64,000 nt of DNA from Strigamia acuminata (taxonomy: Eukaryota), in contig OX442314.1 in assembly GCA_949358305.1 (NCBI GenBank), forward strand, positions 25,172,001-25,236,000, read 5' to 3'. Position 1 is the stretch's first letter, and every line of letters begins with the position of its first letter. Positions 11,705-25,399 of the stretch are shown here, in pieces. The notes beneath the pieces were generated by a model. The model worked only from the letters and a program-made list of their open reading frames with translations. It was not told where the DNA came from and did not search any database. The position numbers and the translations under genes are program-made.

Positions 11705-14462
11705 ATGTCCATGTGGGCAACATGGCTCTCTAGCCAACTTAGGACTAAGCTAACCGATGTTTGCGAACATTTGAGCCTTTTCCCACATTGTCAGTATGAT
11801 TCGAAGGTTAATTTAGATATTGTGTCGATACATTGAGCTGATCTGAGCGAAAAAAGAAGGTAATTACGGCGTGTATTTGGAGTAAAATGATTTGCTCGAA
11901 GTACCCTTCGAAAATGGAAGGCGAAGCGGGTATTGGTCGGAATTGTGATTTTAGATGGAAATTGTGCGTGCGATTTGGGGGAAATGTGACTTGAATTGAT
12001 GGATTATGTGCTGTTTCGTAAGGGGAGTAAATTTAAAGTGTTGTTAACGTTTTTGGGAAATAATTTTCTTTGTTTCGTAGCACGCGTGGTTGGGAAAAGT
12101 GACATGTGTTCGGAGTTGGGTCGCCGCGGTTATTCGCCTCAGATTCGCATGTCTGCGATGTGGGGCCGCGACGAAAACGTCTTGTGTGCTTTGAGCTGTT
12201 GAAATTAGATTAAGAATTTGGGGGGGATTTTAAGTGTCATTTAGTTTCTTAGGTTTTGGTTTTTTTTTTTTTTAAATTTTAGTTTTGTTTGGATTTTTGT
12301 TTGGATTTTTTTTTTTACTCGAGTCCCGTTGTAACGGCCATGCGGTTGATTAAAAATGGGTTTTGATCCTTTGAACGTGCTAAAATCGCTTTTAAAAATT
12401 ATGAAAATATGTTTCTGGGTGCAGAAATTGTGTTTAAAAATTGTGAAAATATGTTTGTGGGTGTTAAACTTTTAAGAAAAAAAATTGAAAAACGTTTTTT
12501 CGTGTTTAAATTAAGAAAAAATTATGGAAAAATGGTTTTTAGTGTTTATAATTAGGAAAATATTATGGAAAAAATGGTTTTTCGTGCGAAAATTAAGGAA
12601 AAAATCATGGAAAAATGGTTATTTTCAAGTTAGAATTAATTTTAAGTGCTTATTTCAAGTTTTTGTATGGAAGATGTTATTTTTTTCTGGAAATTTCATT
12701 CACAAATTACAAATGTAACATGGGAAAAGATACAAATTTTAAGTGTTACTATATAAATCTTATCTTAAACATTCCCTCTGCATGAAAGCAAATGACTAAA
12801 GCCTCCACAATTTTAATTTCATAGATGATTCTGCTCATTAAAACCACTTTTATTACAAAACCAGCATGTTTGAAACACTTAAAACGACCATCAGTTGAAA
12901 TTGTGAATAAATTAAAGAAGAAATGCATCATCGCTTTAAAAAAAACTAAAAAAAAAAATATAAAAATTGCAAAATTTGGGAATTTTAAATATTTAAATCT
13001 TCAATTTTCCACCAAATAATTAAAGAAAAATTTACATTTTCCTCTTAATTTATTAAACTAGGGCGTCAACAAAAAAAATGTCTGCAAACCCCAATATAAC
13101 CCGAATTTAATCAATGAAAAATTGCTGATGGTTGAAAGCGACAGTTAATTACCGAGTACAAAAAAAAAAGAAAAATTAATTGTAAATTTTTCGTTTAGTT
13201 TAGGGCCGAAATCAATAAGAAATTCACATCTTCGACATTTCCATGACGCATTGGAAAACTGGATATTTATTTATATCTGCTGAGTTTGACCTAAATTCTG
13301 CAAAAGTTGAATCATTATTCATTTATTACCTTAAAAATCGGATTAGTTAATGAAAAATGAATGAATTTCAGTTTCTATTTTTCTATTTTTTGATAACTTT
13401 AATTAAAATTAAACGATCTGTTGACGTGTTCGACTTTGCAACGTTTATGTTGGAACGAGTTAAACGGGTCTAAAACCCGTTAAATCAGTGTCTAAAAGGG
13501 AAAATTAATTGGAAAATAGAAGAAGATATACTGTATTTGGTCATTTTACGTGAGAATCGCGTTACTAACGTGGGCTCTTTTGGGTGTATCTTTAATGGTG
13601 CATTTCATTACGAATTTATGTTCGTTATTCTGATGGAGACGAATCAATTAATGTGGATAGATGCAAAGTAGAGGCCTGGGAAATGGATTGGTTGGTAAAT
13701 AATGTGGGGAAAATGAAAAATTGAGTTGTTTTTATTGATTATGTTTAATAAAGATGTCAAAAAATGAGTTTTTTGGTGGTTAGACGAGATGGTAGTTTGG
13801 TATGAATGAAGTATTGACAGATTGAAGGGAATGGTGTGCTGTGTTGAGGAGTAAGTTGGTAAAGTAGGTTAGTTTTTTTAAAAACAAATTTAAGGTGGAA
13901 TGTGGGGTGAAAAATATTAGTTTTTTTTATTATTATTATTATTATTTGGTTTTTTGGAATTTTTGCACGAAAAATCTTGATTTTGTGGAATTTTTCTTGG
14001 AGAAATGTTGATTTTTGTTCCATTTGTTCTCGAAAAATATTGATTCACGCTAAAAATTCAGGTTTTCATGAATTTTACCCCTAAAATAAATCCCTTTATG
14101 CATTTTTATTTTCAAATTTTTATGCAAATATTGTTTTTCAAACAAAAAAAGGGAAAAACCCACAAACGATCTTTTAACAGTCTCCAAACAACGAAGCATT
14201 TTTATTCCCCCAAAAAATAAAAAAATAAAATAAATGTTGAGTTTTAAAAAAAAAAATTAAAACTTTGTCCAAAAAACTCAAAACAAATAATTAATATAAC
14301 ACAAAGCCGAAAAAACCCCGTTAAAATGAAGAAAAAAGTATATAAATGAAGCTTTTCAAAGAGCATCCTATATAGAACGTTTGAATCCTCACTAACTACA
14401 AGGCCAGTGAGACCCAGACAGACTCAGACTGTGTCTACATCGCCGCCGCCAGCTCGTATTGA
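11705..14462 (+). CDS. Putative spliced upstream ORF / microprotein in the FAM60A leader (11705-11806 + 14403-14462; 53 aa)
   Basis: The ATG at 11705 is open to AAG|GT at 11806. The acceptor at 14402 has a CACTAAC branch point, and the join is in frame to TGA at 14462. An alternative donor at 11860 would instead give a 43-aa unspliced uORF. Confidence 0.4.
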
Positions 14463-14925
14463 TCGGTGGTTACTGGCTCTCTCATCCGTTGCCTGCCATG
14501 CCGGCTCCATGAACTAGCACTCGTAACTGCACAGTGGCAGGCAGCAAAGGATTGCAATGACAGCGTGGCTTCGAACAAACCTCGTCTATTAGTGGCAGCC
14601 AGACTAGCACAAGGTTAAACTCGATACGTTTCTCTATTTACCATCGGAAATCATCGAGATTTGCATCGCAACTTGCCTCGCTCCGAGTTTAATCAATTTA
14701 TGGATGCTTGATTTGTGTTAGCGGAGAGGGCTGATTGAAAATGACGTTTTCACACACAAATTTGCATCTATTTACATCTTTTTGTGTGGGAAACGATTTT
14801 TTTTTTATAAAAATATGTTTTTTTTAATTTTTTTTTAATTTTTGTGTTATTTTATATTTGTAGGTAAAATCCAGTTGTGACTCTCTGAACTTTTCGACTA
14901 TTTGGATCCGCGGAAAATTGTGACT

Positions 14926-16833
14926 ATGTTTAGTTTTCATAAACCGAAAATTTACCGTTCGAACAGTGGCTGCTGCATTTGTAAAGCCAAGTCCTCTAGT
15001 TCGCGCTTCACGGACAGCAAAAAGTACGAGCCCGAGTTCGAGCAGTGTTTTAAGATTAACGAAAAGCGATCCGGAGAGATTTGTAATGCGTGCGTCCTGC
15101 TGGTTAAGCGATGGAAGAAACTGCCGCCAGGAACCACTCGGGATTGGCACCACGTAAATTAGAAAATTAATTAATTAAAATTAATTTAAAAAAAAAATTG
15201 TAAAAAAATTTTATTTTTTTGAAGGTGGTCGATGCTCGAGCAGGGCCCGGGACGAAATCGTTAATGAAATACAAAAGTAAGTCCAAGTTGAGCAAACGGC
15301 CTTCGAAAAAGAACAAAATTAAACGTATAGTCAAGCGATGCACGACACCGCCACCTCCGCCAAGTCCCGGCGGTCTTTCGGATGACATAACAGGTTGGTT
15401 ATTATTATTATTATTTTTTATAATGTAAATAAAATTGGTGTATTTTAATTATTTTTATTTTATCAGTTGGTGAGGAATGTTTAAGTGATAGATCGACATA
15501 TACTCCCAGTCCGATTCCGAGCGATGGATCTGAAGACTCGTACCCTGCCTCTCATCTGAAACGGAAGATGATCAAGAAGCGGATGAAGGCTTTGAGAAGA
15601 AATAAAAACGGAACGCCACCGAGGAAACTTAGCCCATTTGTCGACATGAGTTTTTGGAAAAAGTATGAGGAAATCAGTTGCGGTTTTTGCTAGCGCGTTA
15701 AAGGAGTCGTTTAAACGGGTTCTAAATGGCTGCTTTGACGTGTGAAACAGTGGTTTGTTTGTTTGAGTGACTGGTACAATGTTGATACGATATCGTGTGA
15801 CATTGATCAGAAGTCGATGCGTTGATACCGGAACGATGTAGTTTGTGCGGGGTTTCTTTGGGGAATCGATGTTGAATTCGATATTGATTTTCTATATCTA
15901 TAAAGAAAACCTGGCAAAACTAAGTCGGTGCAGTTTTGCTACAATGTTTACTTCCTTTATATCAAACTTACAATCGTTCTGGTTGAATATCATTTAATTT
16001 TGCTGATTTTCTGCGTGTCTAAATTATGAAAGTTGATGATTTATGAGGCTAAATTATTCAAAATAGATAATTTATGAAGCTGAAACATTAAATGTCGTTG
16101 ATTTACGAGACTAAATCATCAAAAATTGATAATTTATGAAGCTAAATCATTAAATATCGTTGATTTATGAAGTTAAATCATCAAAAATAGTTGATTTATT
16201 AAGCTAAAACATTAAATGTCGTTGATTTACGAGGCTAAATCATCAAAAATCGATACCTTATGTAGCTAAATCATTAACTATCGTTGATTTATGAAGCCAA
16301 ATCATTAATTATCGTTGATTTATGAAGCTAAATCATCAAAATTAGTTGATTTATGAAGCTAAATCATCAAAAATAGTTGATTTATGAAGCTAAAACATTA
16401 AATGTCGTTGATTTACGAAGCTAAATCATTAATTAATTATTTAAAAGCTAGTTTGCTCGGGCTGTTTGAGGTAGTTTCTGATCTGAATTCAATCATGACT
16501 CGGATTACACATAGTTTTGTGCGTAATTTCATTGCTTTAAAATTAATCAATAGCTGCAGCATCGAGACATGATTGATAATTTATTAATTCGTTTAATTTT
16601 GTTTTTAAAGAGAGAAGGTTTGTTGTGGAATTGTGTTCATCGGTCCTGGAGGTGGTGTCATCATCGATCAAACATTGTTTCGTCCCTGCCGGAAATGCAA
16701 GAAAGAACAAGACTCGGCATCTAATAGCGAATTCGAAGCTGCGCCAAGTTCATCCTCCGAAATCTCATTGTCAACTAACGACAGTTCGTCACAACAACAG
16801 GTGAAACATCAGGACGCTATTCCCTTTTATTAA
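14926..16833 (+). CDS. SINHCAF: SIN3-HDAC complex-associated factor FAM60A (exons 14926-15153, 15225-15393, 15467-15662, 16611-16833)
   Basis: MFSFHKPKIYRS..GCCICKAKSSSSRFTDSK..GEICNACVLLVKRWKKLP..WHHVVDARAGPG; C-terminal FWKKEKVCCGIVF. Confidence 0.95.
16020..16432. repeat. ~31-bp tandem repeat in a FAM60A intron
   Basis: About 13 degenerate copies of GTTGATTTATGAAGCTAAATCATTAAATATC. Confidence 0.85.
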
Positions 16834-17254
16834 TGAAGGCTTATGTTTAGGTAATTTGAATTAATTGAATATAATTTTTTTTTTTTTTTAATTTTTTAAA
16901 TTTAAAAAAATAACATTTTTTTTTAAATTTTTTTTTTTAAATTATAAACAAAAATTGCATTTCTTGTTTATTCCAAACAATTTATTTTGTAACGTGACAT
17001 TGACAGTTGGCAAAGCGAATCTAGCCCAACATTTTTTAACATAATTGTAAAAAAAAAAAAAATTAAAAAAAAAATAATAATAATAATAACAATAATAAAA
17101 AAAAAATAACTTTAAAAAAATTTAAATTATTTTAGGCAATTGGTAAATTTATTTTATTTTATTTTTTTTAGTATAAATAAATACTTTAAAAAAAAATGTG
17201 ATTATTTAAGAGGGGCATTTTATTATTGTATTTTAAGATAACAATTTCTACTTA

Positions 17255-17575
17255 CCGTACTGCCTCGATTTAACGCCGGGGCGTTTATTCATTTTTTCTA
17301 GTTGACCCCCCCGGCGTTCATTCAAAGCCCGGCGATTATTCGCGCCGGGCGTCTAACCGAAAAAAAAAATTGGAAAGCCACTCATTGCTAGCTATTCTTC
17401 GATGTTTCGACCAAAAGACCTCTCAAAACGTTTAAAAAACGTTTCAACCCGGCGTTTAAACAAACCCGGCGTTCATTTAAGGCCGGCGTTTATTGCCATT
17501 TCGTCCTCAGTTTGCCCGGCGCTTAATCAGGAGCCGGCGTTTAGATACGACCGGCGTTAAATCGAGGCAGTACGG
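17255..17575. mobile_element. Tc1/mariner-pogo type MITE
   Basis: 25-bp perfect TIR CCGTACTGCCTCGATTTAACGCCGG, TA on both sides, internal repeated CCGGCGTT motifs. Confidence 0.9.
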
Positions 17576-20500
17576 TACACGCCCGCTTGTGCGTGGAAAA
17601 TAGTTTTTGCCAATTTGTTCTAGTCACTAGGACTAATCTGAATGCTTGGTAAAAGGTAAAAATTTGTATCGCTTACTTCTACGCTTGTTCATGTCTTTTT
17701 TTCATATAATTATTATTATTGTGCATTTTTATTTTTTAAAAAAATATCTCTCTTGTTTTTTCTTTCATTTAATTATGACAGCTGTTCTTTATTTATAAAT
17801 AGTTTGATAAGTACGGACATAGGAGAAATAACCGATGTTATATTTTCATCATTAATTTATTGCAGACGTGTAATTTTTTTCTTACTGTTTTCTAAATAAT
17901 AATTTGTTGTGAATTTTTTTTATCTCAATTTTTTTAAAAAAAGAAACGAAAAATTTATAATATTTCTCGATTTACAAGCGCTCACGAATTAAAAGGACCG
18001 AAATAGAAGCACTTGGACTTATTTTTAATGGTGATTTGACGTAAATATGATGCAATATGTCGTAATTACGTTGTTTTTGATGAAAAAATGATGCAATACG
18101 TCATAATTACGTTATTTTGGCGTAAATATGATTCAATACAACGTGATTATGTTGTTTATGATGAAAATAATGATGCAATACGTCAGAATTGCACTTTTAT
18201 ACGACGGAATTACATGTAAAACGTCAATAAGTCATGGAATTCGACGCACCAAAATGATAAAAGCGTGTTAAAATAATAACGGCGCACTTATAATTCGAGA
18301 AATAGTGTAAATGGTAAATGCAAACGGCTGTGTGACCAAAGAAACCGGTCAACAGCAAACTATGACCAAAAATATAATAATATTTTAACACATTGCATCA
18401 CATTGGGATTGAGAGTTAAATAGAACTTGGTGTGGTATTTTTTATTTATTTATTATATTTTGTCGGTTTCATTTTTCAATCAAAATAAACAAAAACTGCA
18501 AAATCAAATTTAAAAAAAATAATATTGAGCATGACAAATACCAAGATGGTGGTTAGTTTCAGGCTTCCATGATTTGAGCACTCCGTACACGCTCAATTTC
18601 TGTTTTATTTATATAATCATAATAATAACAATAATAATTTGTATTATACATGAAAAAAAGAATTTTTTTTACATCAGAAATTTTAAGAAAACAAATAATA
18701 ATGAAAAAAAAAAACGAAATAACTCACCAATATACAGATTTTTTCATTTTGAAATTTTTTGACGATGTTTTTTTTTTACTATGCCATAGAGATTATTATG
18801 ATCACAATGTTTAGTAACTGTTTTCACTTTGCAATTTTACAGCTATACAATTATGCAAACCAAACAAAAATGGTTTTACGATAGTGGGGTAATATAGCGG
18901 TGCATTTTTGTTGCAAAATGCAAAGTACATGACTATAATTAACTATATGGTGCAGTAAACATGATCTAGTAATAGCAAGTAGGGGTGTTCACTGGTCGCG
19001 GAGTGAATTTTATGCCTCCATTCACTGGTGCTCGAATTTTTCGAATTCTTTTTATTGATTTCACTCGAATATGCATTATTTGCAGGGGTGAAATCCAAAT
19101 CTTTTGCTCAGTATTTCATCTCCAGTTCCAATCAAGATATTAATAACAAAAAAAAGGCAAAGAAATTGCCTAGCGAATGAATAAATGTTTTTCTTTTTTG
19201 TCTCGTTTTTGTTTGCAATGAATAATGTCGTTTATATAAGCGAGTTGCTTACGGTCAGCTTAAACTGCCATTTTTTAAGTATTTTAATGTACCGGTAGTT
19301 GGGAAAATTTTTTTTTTTTTAGATTTTTTTTTTTATATATAAAATTTCAACTGTGTTGTCTGATTTTTTTGTGTGTGCGTGCGTGTTTTTATTTTATTAG
19401 TGTTCATTCTAAAGTATTGATTTTTATATTCATATCATGTGTGATTGTAATTTGCGAGACGTTTTTGGGGGTGTAAAACCTGTAAAATCCTTCGGTTAAA
19501 CGCTTTTACAGGTGTTAAAGTCTGTTAAATCGGATGATTTTTATTGTTTTTGCTCGAAAATGATCGCAATTTGTTTTTATTTTTACATTATTCGAGATAA
19601 TTACTGTTGTTTAAATGTTTTTTCATTTTTTTTTTAGAAAAATCAATATCATGCAAATGTGTAAAGGTTGAGATCTAATTTTTCTTAAATTTCTTTTATC
19701 TTTACATTCCTTTTTCATGAAAAGTATATAAAAAAAAAAGAAGAAGAAAAATAGTCGCCGTACTATTTTTTGTGATCATACGCTACTTTAATTTAACTTA
19801 ACGAGATTTTTAATGCAAAATGGCAAAGACGTGTGAATATTGCCAGTCGACACGACGATTTTTAAGCGAAATAATAATACATAACAAATTGCCAAAAAAG
19901 TTAACCGCATAATCCATGTTTAATCAGAAATTAATATCGATGTTTGTGATTGTTCGTAGCTAATATTAATCGTAATTGTATGTAGATATTGGGAATTGAT
20001 TGTGATTCAACTCGTATTAACCCGGAACTATGTGCTTCATTTCATTTTTAATTTTATTCTTAAAATTATTTTACGCTAAACCAAATGCTAGTCCACACCT
20101 TTGACTCTGAATTTAATAGATAATTTCCATATTTTGATCAATTATTCTCCATGATTTTTACGGAAATATCCAAAAATTACACGATGCTATTTGTTGAAAC
20201 ACAAAACGATTCAACATTGAGCCAATTTTTGATCGAGTTTTATCATTTTTGCATTTAACCGAGTAATGGCACTATGTAATTTTATGGTTATGCCCTAATA
20301 AGTCTTCCACTTATACTTTAAATAGACATACAAGCTGTTAAACCCGAAAGATTACTGTGCAAGTAACGGCAGCTATATCAAAACTTATCATAATCCACCT
20401 AGAATGACATTGGTTTCGAAGAATCAGAAACGACAAGTTTATTTGCAGCTCAGATTACAATATATGTTACAATGCTTGCTGTAATTCCTCTCGATTTTTT

Positions 20501-22449
20501 TTCTTCATATTTATTTATTTATTTCATTCAAAGTGTAATAATTACAGAGGTCTAATTGTGCGTTGCTGTCATTTTGTACCCGGATTTCTATACACTCGGG
20601 CATTTACCCTTCAATTCTTTGTGTATTTAAGACAATCACAAAATGCTCATTCACTTACTGCTCACACATTCAATACCACTTATTTAGAATATATCATATC
20701 ATTTTTGATTGTCATTTGTCATTTGCCATTTCATCGAGTCAAAGGTATGGAAATGGCATTGCTATTATGGTAACTCTAGTATTTAATGTAACGAGTATTT
20801 CATCTGTTTTGCTTTCATGTATAACTGCACAAAAATTGAATTTCCACTTTTCCACGAATGTAAATTTGTAAAAAAATATATATATTTTACAATATATTGC
20901 TTTTCACTCAATGCAGAATTAACTAATACGTTAAATAATTCATTTCTGAATACATTTTACAAAACGTATTATCATTAGCGTACAAAAATGTATTACAAAA
21001 TCTGTTCTCGTGAAACCCAATACATTGCAATATAATTTCAATTATATGGGAAAATGCAGCACTGGATTGGATATCGCAATTTTATGCGTCTTTTCAATGT
21101 TTTTAACGCTGGTTACTGATATTTTATTACGTTACTCGCGAAATTTCGTCATTTATGAGCCAAAAAACGTGTTTTATCGATTTTTTTTTTACATTATTTA
21201 CATACGTATTGAAATATTGGAGATTTGATTTTTGTTGCAGAGAAGAGTTTTTGTTAATTTTTGCGTCAATAGTGTAGACAAAATGGCTAAGGGACTAAAG
21301 AATTGTTTAACGTGTATAAGAGTCAAATTAGACCAACAACTATATGCCACGTATACGATATTATAATGGCGTGGTTTTTGGCCGACTGCTGTGCTGTCCA
21401 TCATTTTTAATCCAAAGTTCATTCTGAAACAAAGAAAGATTAATTAGTGTTCTTAAAAGGTGGAGGAAACGGAAATGTGTGATGTTTTAATAAATGCGAA
21501 TGTAAAGAGATAACAAACAAAAACTATGCAGTTTTTTGCAGGTGATGGAAAATGAATACGTATGTACATGTTGGCCCAAAAGTTTACATAGAAAATCTGG
21601 GGATTAGAAATAGACCTTTTTAGCGATATATTTTTGTTTTGTTTTGGTTTTTTTTATATTAGTGCAAAATTCGCTAGAAAATCTAGTCGACATTGACCGA
21701 AAGGAAGTAAAATGTTATTTTATTCCTTCAGATTTGTGTTGGACATTGAGTGTTAGGCGAAAATGCATTTTAATTTAAAAATTGAAAAAAAAACGAAAGA
21801 AAAAATTAATTAATTTATTAATTAATTAATTATAATTTTTGTTTGTATTTTTTTTTTTTTTTTTTTTAATAACCAATTTGGACATTGTTTTTTTTTTTTT
21901 TACAAAGGTTTGTTGTACATTGTAAAGGTTTGGTTTGGAAATGTACAGGATTGTGAATACAAATTTAACAAAAAAATCAATTGGAGTCAAAAAAACAAAA
22001 AAAAAAATGAAAATTATCACTTTAGAATTTTATTTTAAATGTGCCTTCCAATCTGTCGAGCTTTGGCTAAAAGTTGTGATTTGTAAAATTAATTTGTACA
22101 TAGGTAAAAAAAAAAAAAAAAAACGTTAAAATTCGATGAACTAAGGACGAAGAAAGAAAGACTGGACACTGCTTGGCAAAAAAAGTGTAAGCTTCAAACA
22201 TTTATCCTCCGTATTTATTGTTAGCTGTTGACTATTTATTTCCCATCATCCCTTTTTTGGTACTGTATTTTGTAGTTTTGACAATGTTAAGCAATAAAAA
22301 TTCCTTTTCTTTACAATTTTGTTTGAAGTTTTATTTCTGCTGCAAAAATGTCTCGTAAACAACACAAGAGTTATTGGGTGGCATTGAACTTCTGCGAAAG
22401 AAAACATTATTTTGCTTATTTATTCAGATGAAAAGAAATAGCAACCTGT

Positions 22450-24297
22450 TTAGATTGGAATTTGTTCGTGACGCATAATTCTTGGATTTTTTAAACCCAC
22501 TCTGGAAAAATTGCCGTCGAATCCCTTGTTTCCTGAGCTAGCGAGTGATCGGTTTCCAAATCTGCAAAGAATTTTGAAATCTTTTTAATGTTTTTTGATG
22601 CTTTTTTAAATGTTTTTTGACGATTTTTAATGTTTTTTTTTTTACATTTTCACACATTTTAAATCGGTTTTTAATCTATTTTGATGATTTTTATCCATTT
22701 TTGGTCGGTTTTAATGCTTTCTAACTATATTTTAATGACATTTTATGTTTGTATAAACCTAATGTTCGATTATCTAAACAATTCGGTTTTATGAACACCG
22801 ATGTCCTAATTAGTTCGGATAATCGAGGCTCTACTGTATTTTAAATATTGAATTCAATAGTTTTGGTCAATTTAGAACCGCGTTGTAAATGATACTACCT
22901 TGAATATGCCTACTTACTCTCTGGATGTTTCAGTCGCGAAGGTAGAAGCGCACACTCTGCTGGTAAATGGTAAAACTTCGGACTTGCCTACTCTCGCGTA
23001 TGCACTTGGCATACAAGTTTTATTATATTCGAGCATAGTTCTTGGTGTTCGACCGAAATCCAAATCTGGTCGAGCGTAATCAGCTCCTTGTATGCTATAA
23101 CAAATGATTACCATCATGGAAACTCAATTAATCCATCTTGTTATCAATTTTTACTTTATCAGCATAATAATGTTAAGATTAACTCGTAATATTCACCTCA
23201 TCAAACGTGGATGTCTGGAATTGATAATTCTGCAAGGATCTCTCTTGACTGAGCCTTCGTTTAACCTAGCAACAGAACCCAGACTTTCGGTATTACTAGC
23301 ATGACCCGCCGATTTTTCAACCTAAATTTAATAATATTAAAAATTAAATAAACAAAATTTAAAATTGATCAAAAAAGTTGTTAAATTACATTCCGGTCAA
23401 ACGGATACCAATCTTCACCAGTAAATGGTTTAGTCAGTGTAACTCCAGTAGTTCTCTCTGCTTTTGTACTCACTACTGGAGCGTGTTTGCTATTTTTATA
23501 CAAATTAGGGTTAACATAATCTTCGGATGTTACTGGTAGATTGCCCCATGGTTGCAATTTCATTTTTGGATCGCATAATTCGTAAACTTGTACTCCCAAT
23601 TTTCCTGGTTGTTTATTTGGAACTATATTACTCAGAAAAAGATCCCCTTTGACAAAACAAAAATATTTCTAATTATTTATGTATTTTTGTTTAATTTTTA
23701 TTTAAATTGTTTTACGATGAGTGTAGGGATTTGCACGTCTGTCGCGGAATGCATCGGTCTGCTCGGAACATCTGTCGGCCTCGCTGCAAACCTCGAAATT
23801 CAAAATAATAAAAAATTAATTTCGTTCATGTTAATGATATGAGAGAACAACTTGGTCGGCTGCTGGAGTGGTTATTAATCGTTCTTTGCCATATCTGCTC
23901 GTATCACCTTTCAAAAAGTATTGCGGAGTGATTTCATGGCCACTTGGAAATTTGAAGGATTTGTAATCTCGATCAGTTATAGTTTCAAATTGATCAGAAT
24001 TAAATTTGCTGTAACTAAATACAAAAATTTTAAAAATTAAAAAAATTAATTTAGAAATAAAAAATATGGGAATATTAACTTAGTTGGCTTTGATTTCCAA
24101 TCTGGGGTAAGGGACACAAAGGGTTTGACGTTGGACACGAAACCAGTTTGCCGTTTATAGTTTGCGGTATCTTCATTGGGCGAAAAGTCTTTATTGTACG
24201 AGGTGGAATAAATTGTGGAATAAAATGATCTAGGGTCATTAAAGGCACCCCTACTTGATCGTAGGTGTTTGGAATTATTTGTCACGAGGTCACACAT
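22450..24297 (-). CDS. PPP1R32/IIIG9 (SAXO4)-like ciliary microtubule protein, multi-exon
   Basis: N-terminal SSRGAFNDPRSFYSTIYSTSY..TGFVSNVKPFV resembles the PPP1R32 N-terminus as I recall it. Repeated short T-x-Y/S-G motifs. GT-AG exons join to a stop at 22450. Confidence 0.6.
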
Positions 24298-24904
24298 CTT
24301 CCTGCCATTTTGTTGCAACAATAAGTTGGCGGGAATGTGGGTGGTGCGCCGTTGTTACAGTACAGGATGGTTGAGAGACTTTATCGGGTTTTTTGATGTT
24401 TTATCGACGTAATTTTAGTTTTTTTTGGCGATATCTTTTCGGATTCATAAAGAGAGTATCGGATGACCTTTTTGAAATGATTAAAAGGGTCAAGTTTTGT
24501 TTTTAATTTTGTTATTTATTATTGTAATTAGAAGATTTTTGTATGAAAATTGCTCAATTTTTGGTCGATTTTATGAAGGATAAATGATAAACATTTTGAT
24601 TATCTCCGTATCGAGTTGACAATTGAATGTGAGATAAGATAAAGCAAAATATTGCATAATTTATTCATTTTAGGAATTAGTTTTCATTTGATTACAATTG
24701 TTATCAATAGGCGTCATTACGGTCTGGTTTCATAATACAATTGCATAATGCATTGCTTTACTATCATCCCGAAAAGAATGGGAAGACGCGATTTGTTTAA
24801 TTTAATTTTTATTGGATAAATATTATTTTAAAAAAATTGAAATAACAGTTCAAATTTTTTTATTTTAATGTATATGTTTGGTTAGTAAAGAAGGGTTTAT
24901 CGGC

Positions 24905-24976
24905 TCCGGTATGGTCTAGTGGTTAGGATACCTGGCTCTCACCCAGGAGGCCCGGGTTCGATTCCCGGTACCGGAA
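24905..24976 (+). tRNA. tRNA-Glu (anticodon CTC)
   Basis: TCCGGTA/TACCGGA acceptor stem, TGGTCTAGTGG A box, CCTGG-CTCTCAC-CCAGG anticodon arm, GGTTCGATTCC B box, downstream oligo-T. Confidence 0.96.
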
Positions 24977-25399
24977 TTATCCTTTTGATTTTTTTCTTTT
25001 GGTAAATAAAAAATTAAAATGTGCGTAGGTTTTTAAATTTTTAAAATTTTTATTTTTATTTTCTGGTATTAATGTCAATAAAGTATCAAATTTCATGTGA
25101 GGACAGTCTGTGTTTAAAACGTTTATTTGATAATTCTATTTAAAAAAATTAAATTTTCAACGCTAATGAAATGGTGAGACGTTTAAAAATAATGCAAAAA
25201 AAAAAAAAAAAAAAAAAAAGCTTTAAAATTGTCTATTCATTTTTGGATTTGATTGAAATTTAATTCTAGTGCATCTAATCTGCGAATCGTTTTCTCGCCC
25301 CTTGCCAAGCTTGTATTTGTGACTGATAAACGGAAGGTTAGTTCATCGTTGAAACACTTCCTCGCATTGCCGTTGTAACCCGTGGGGTCATCTTAAAGT

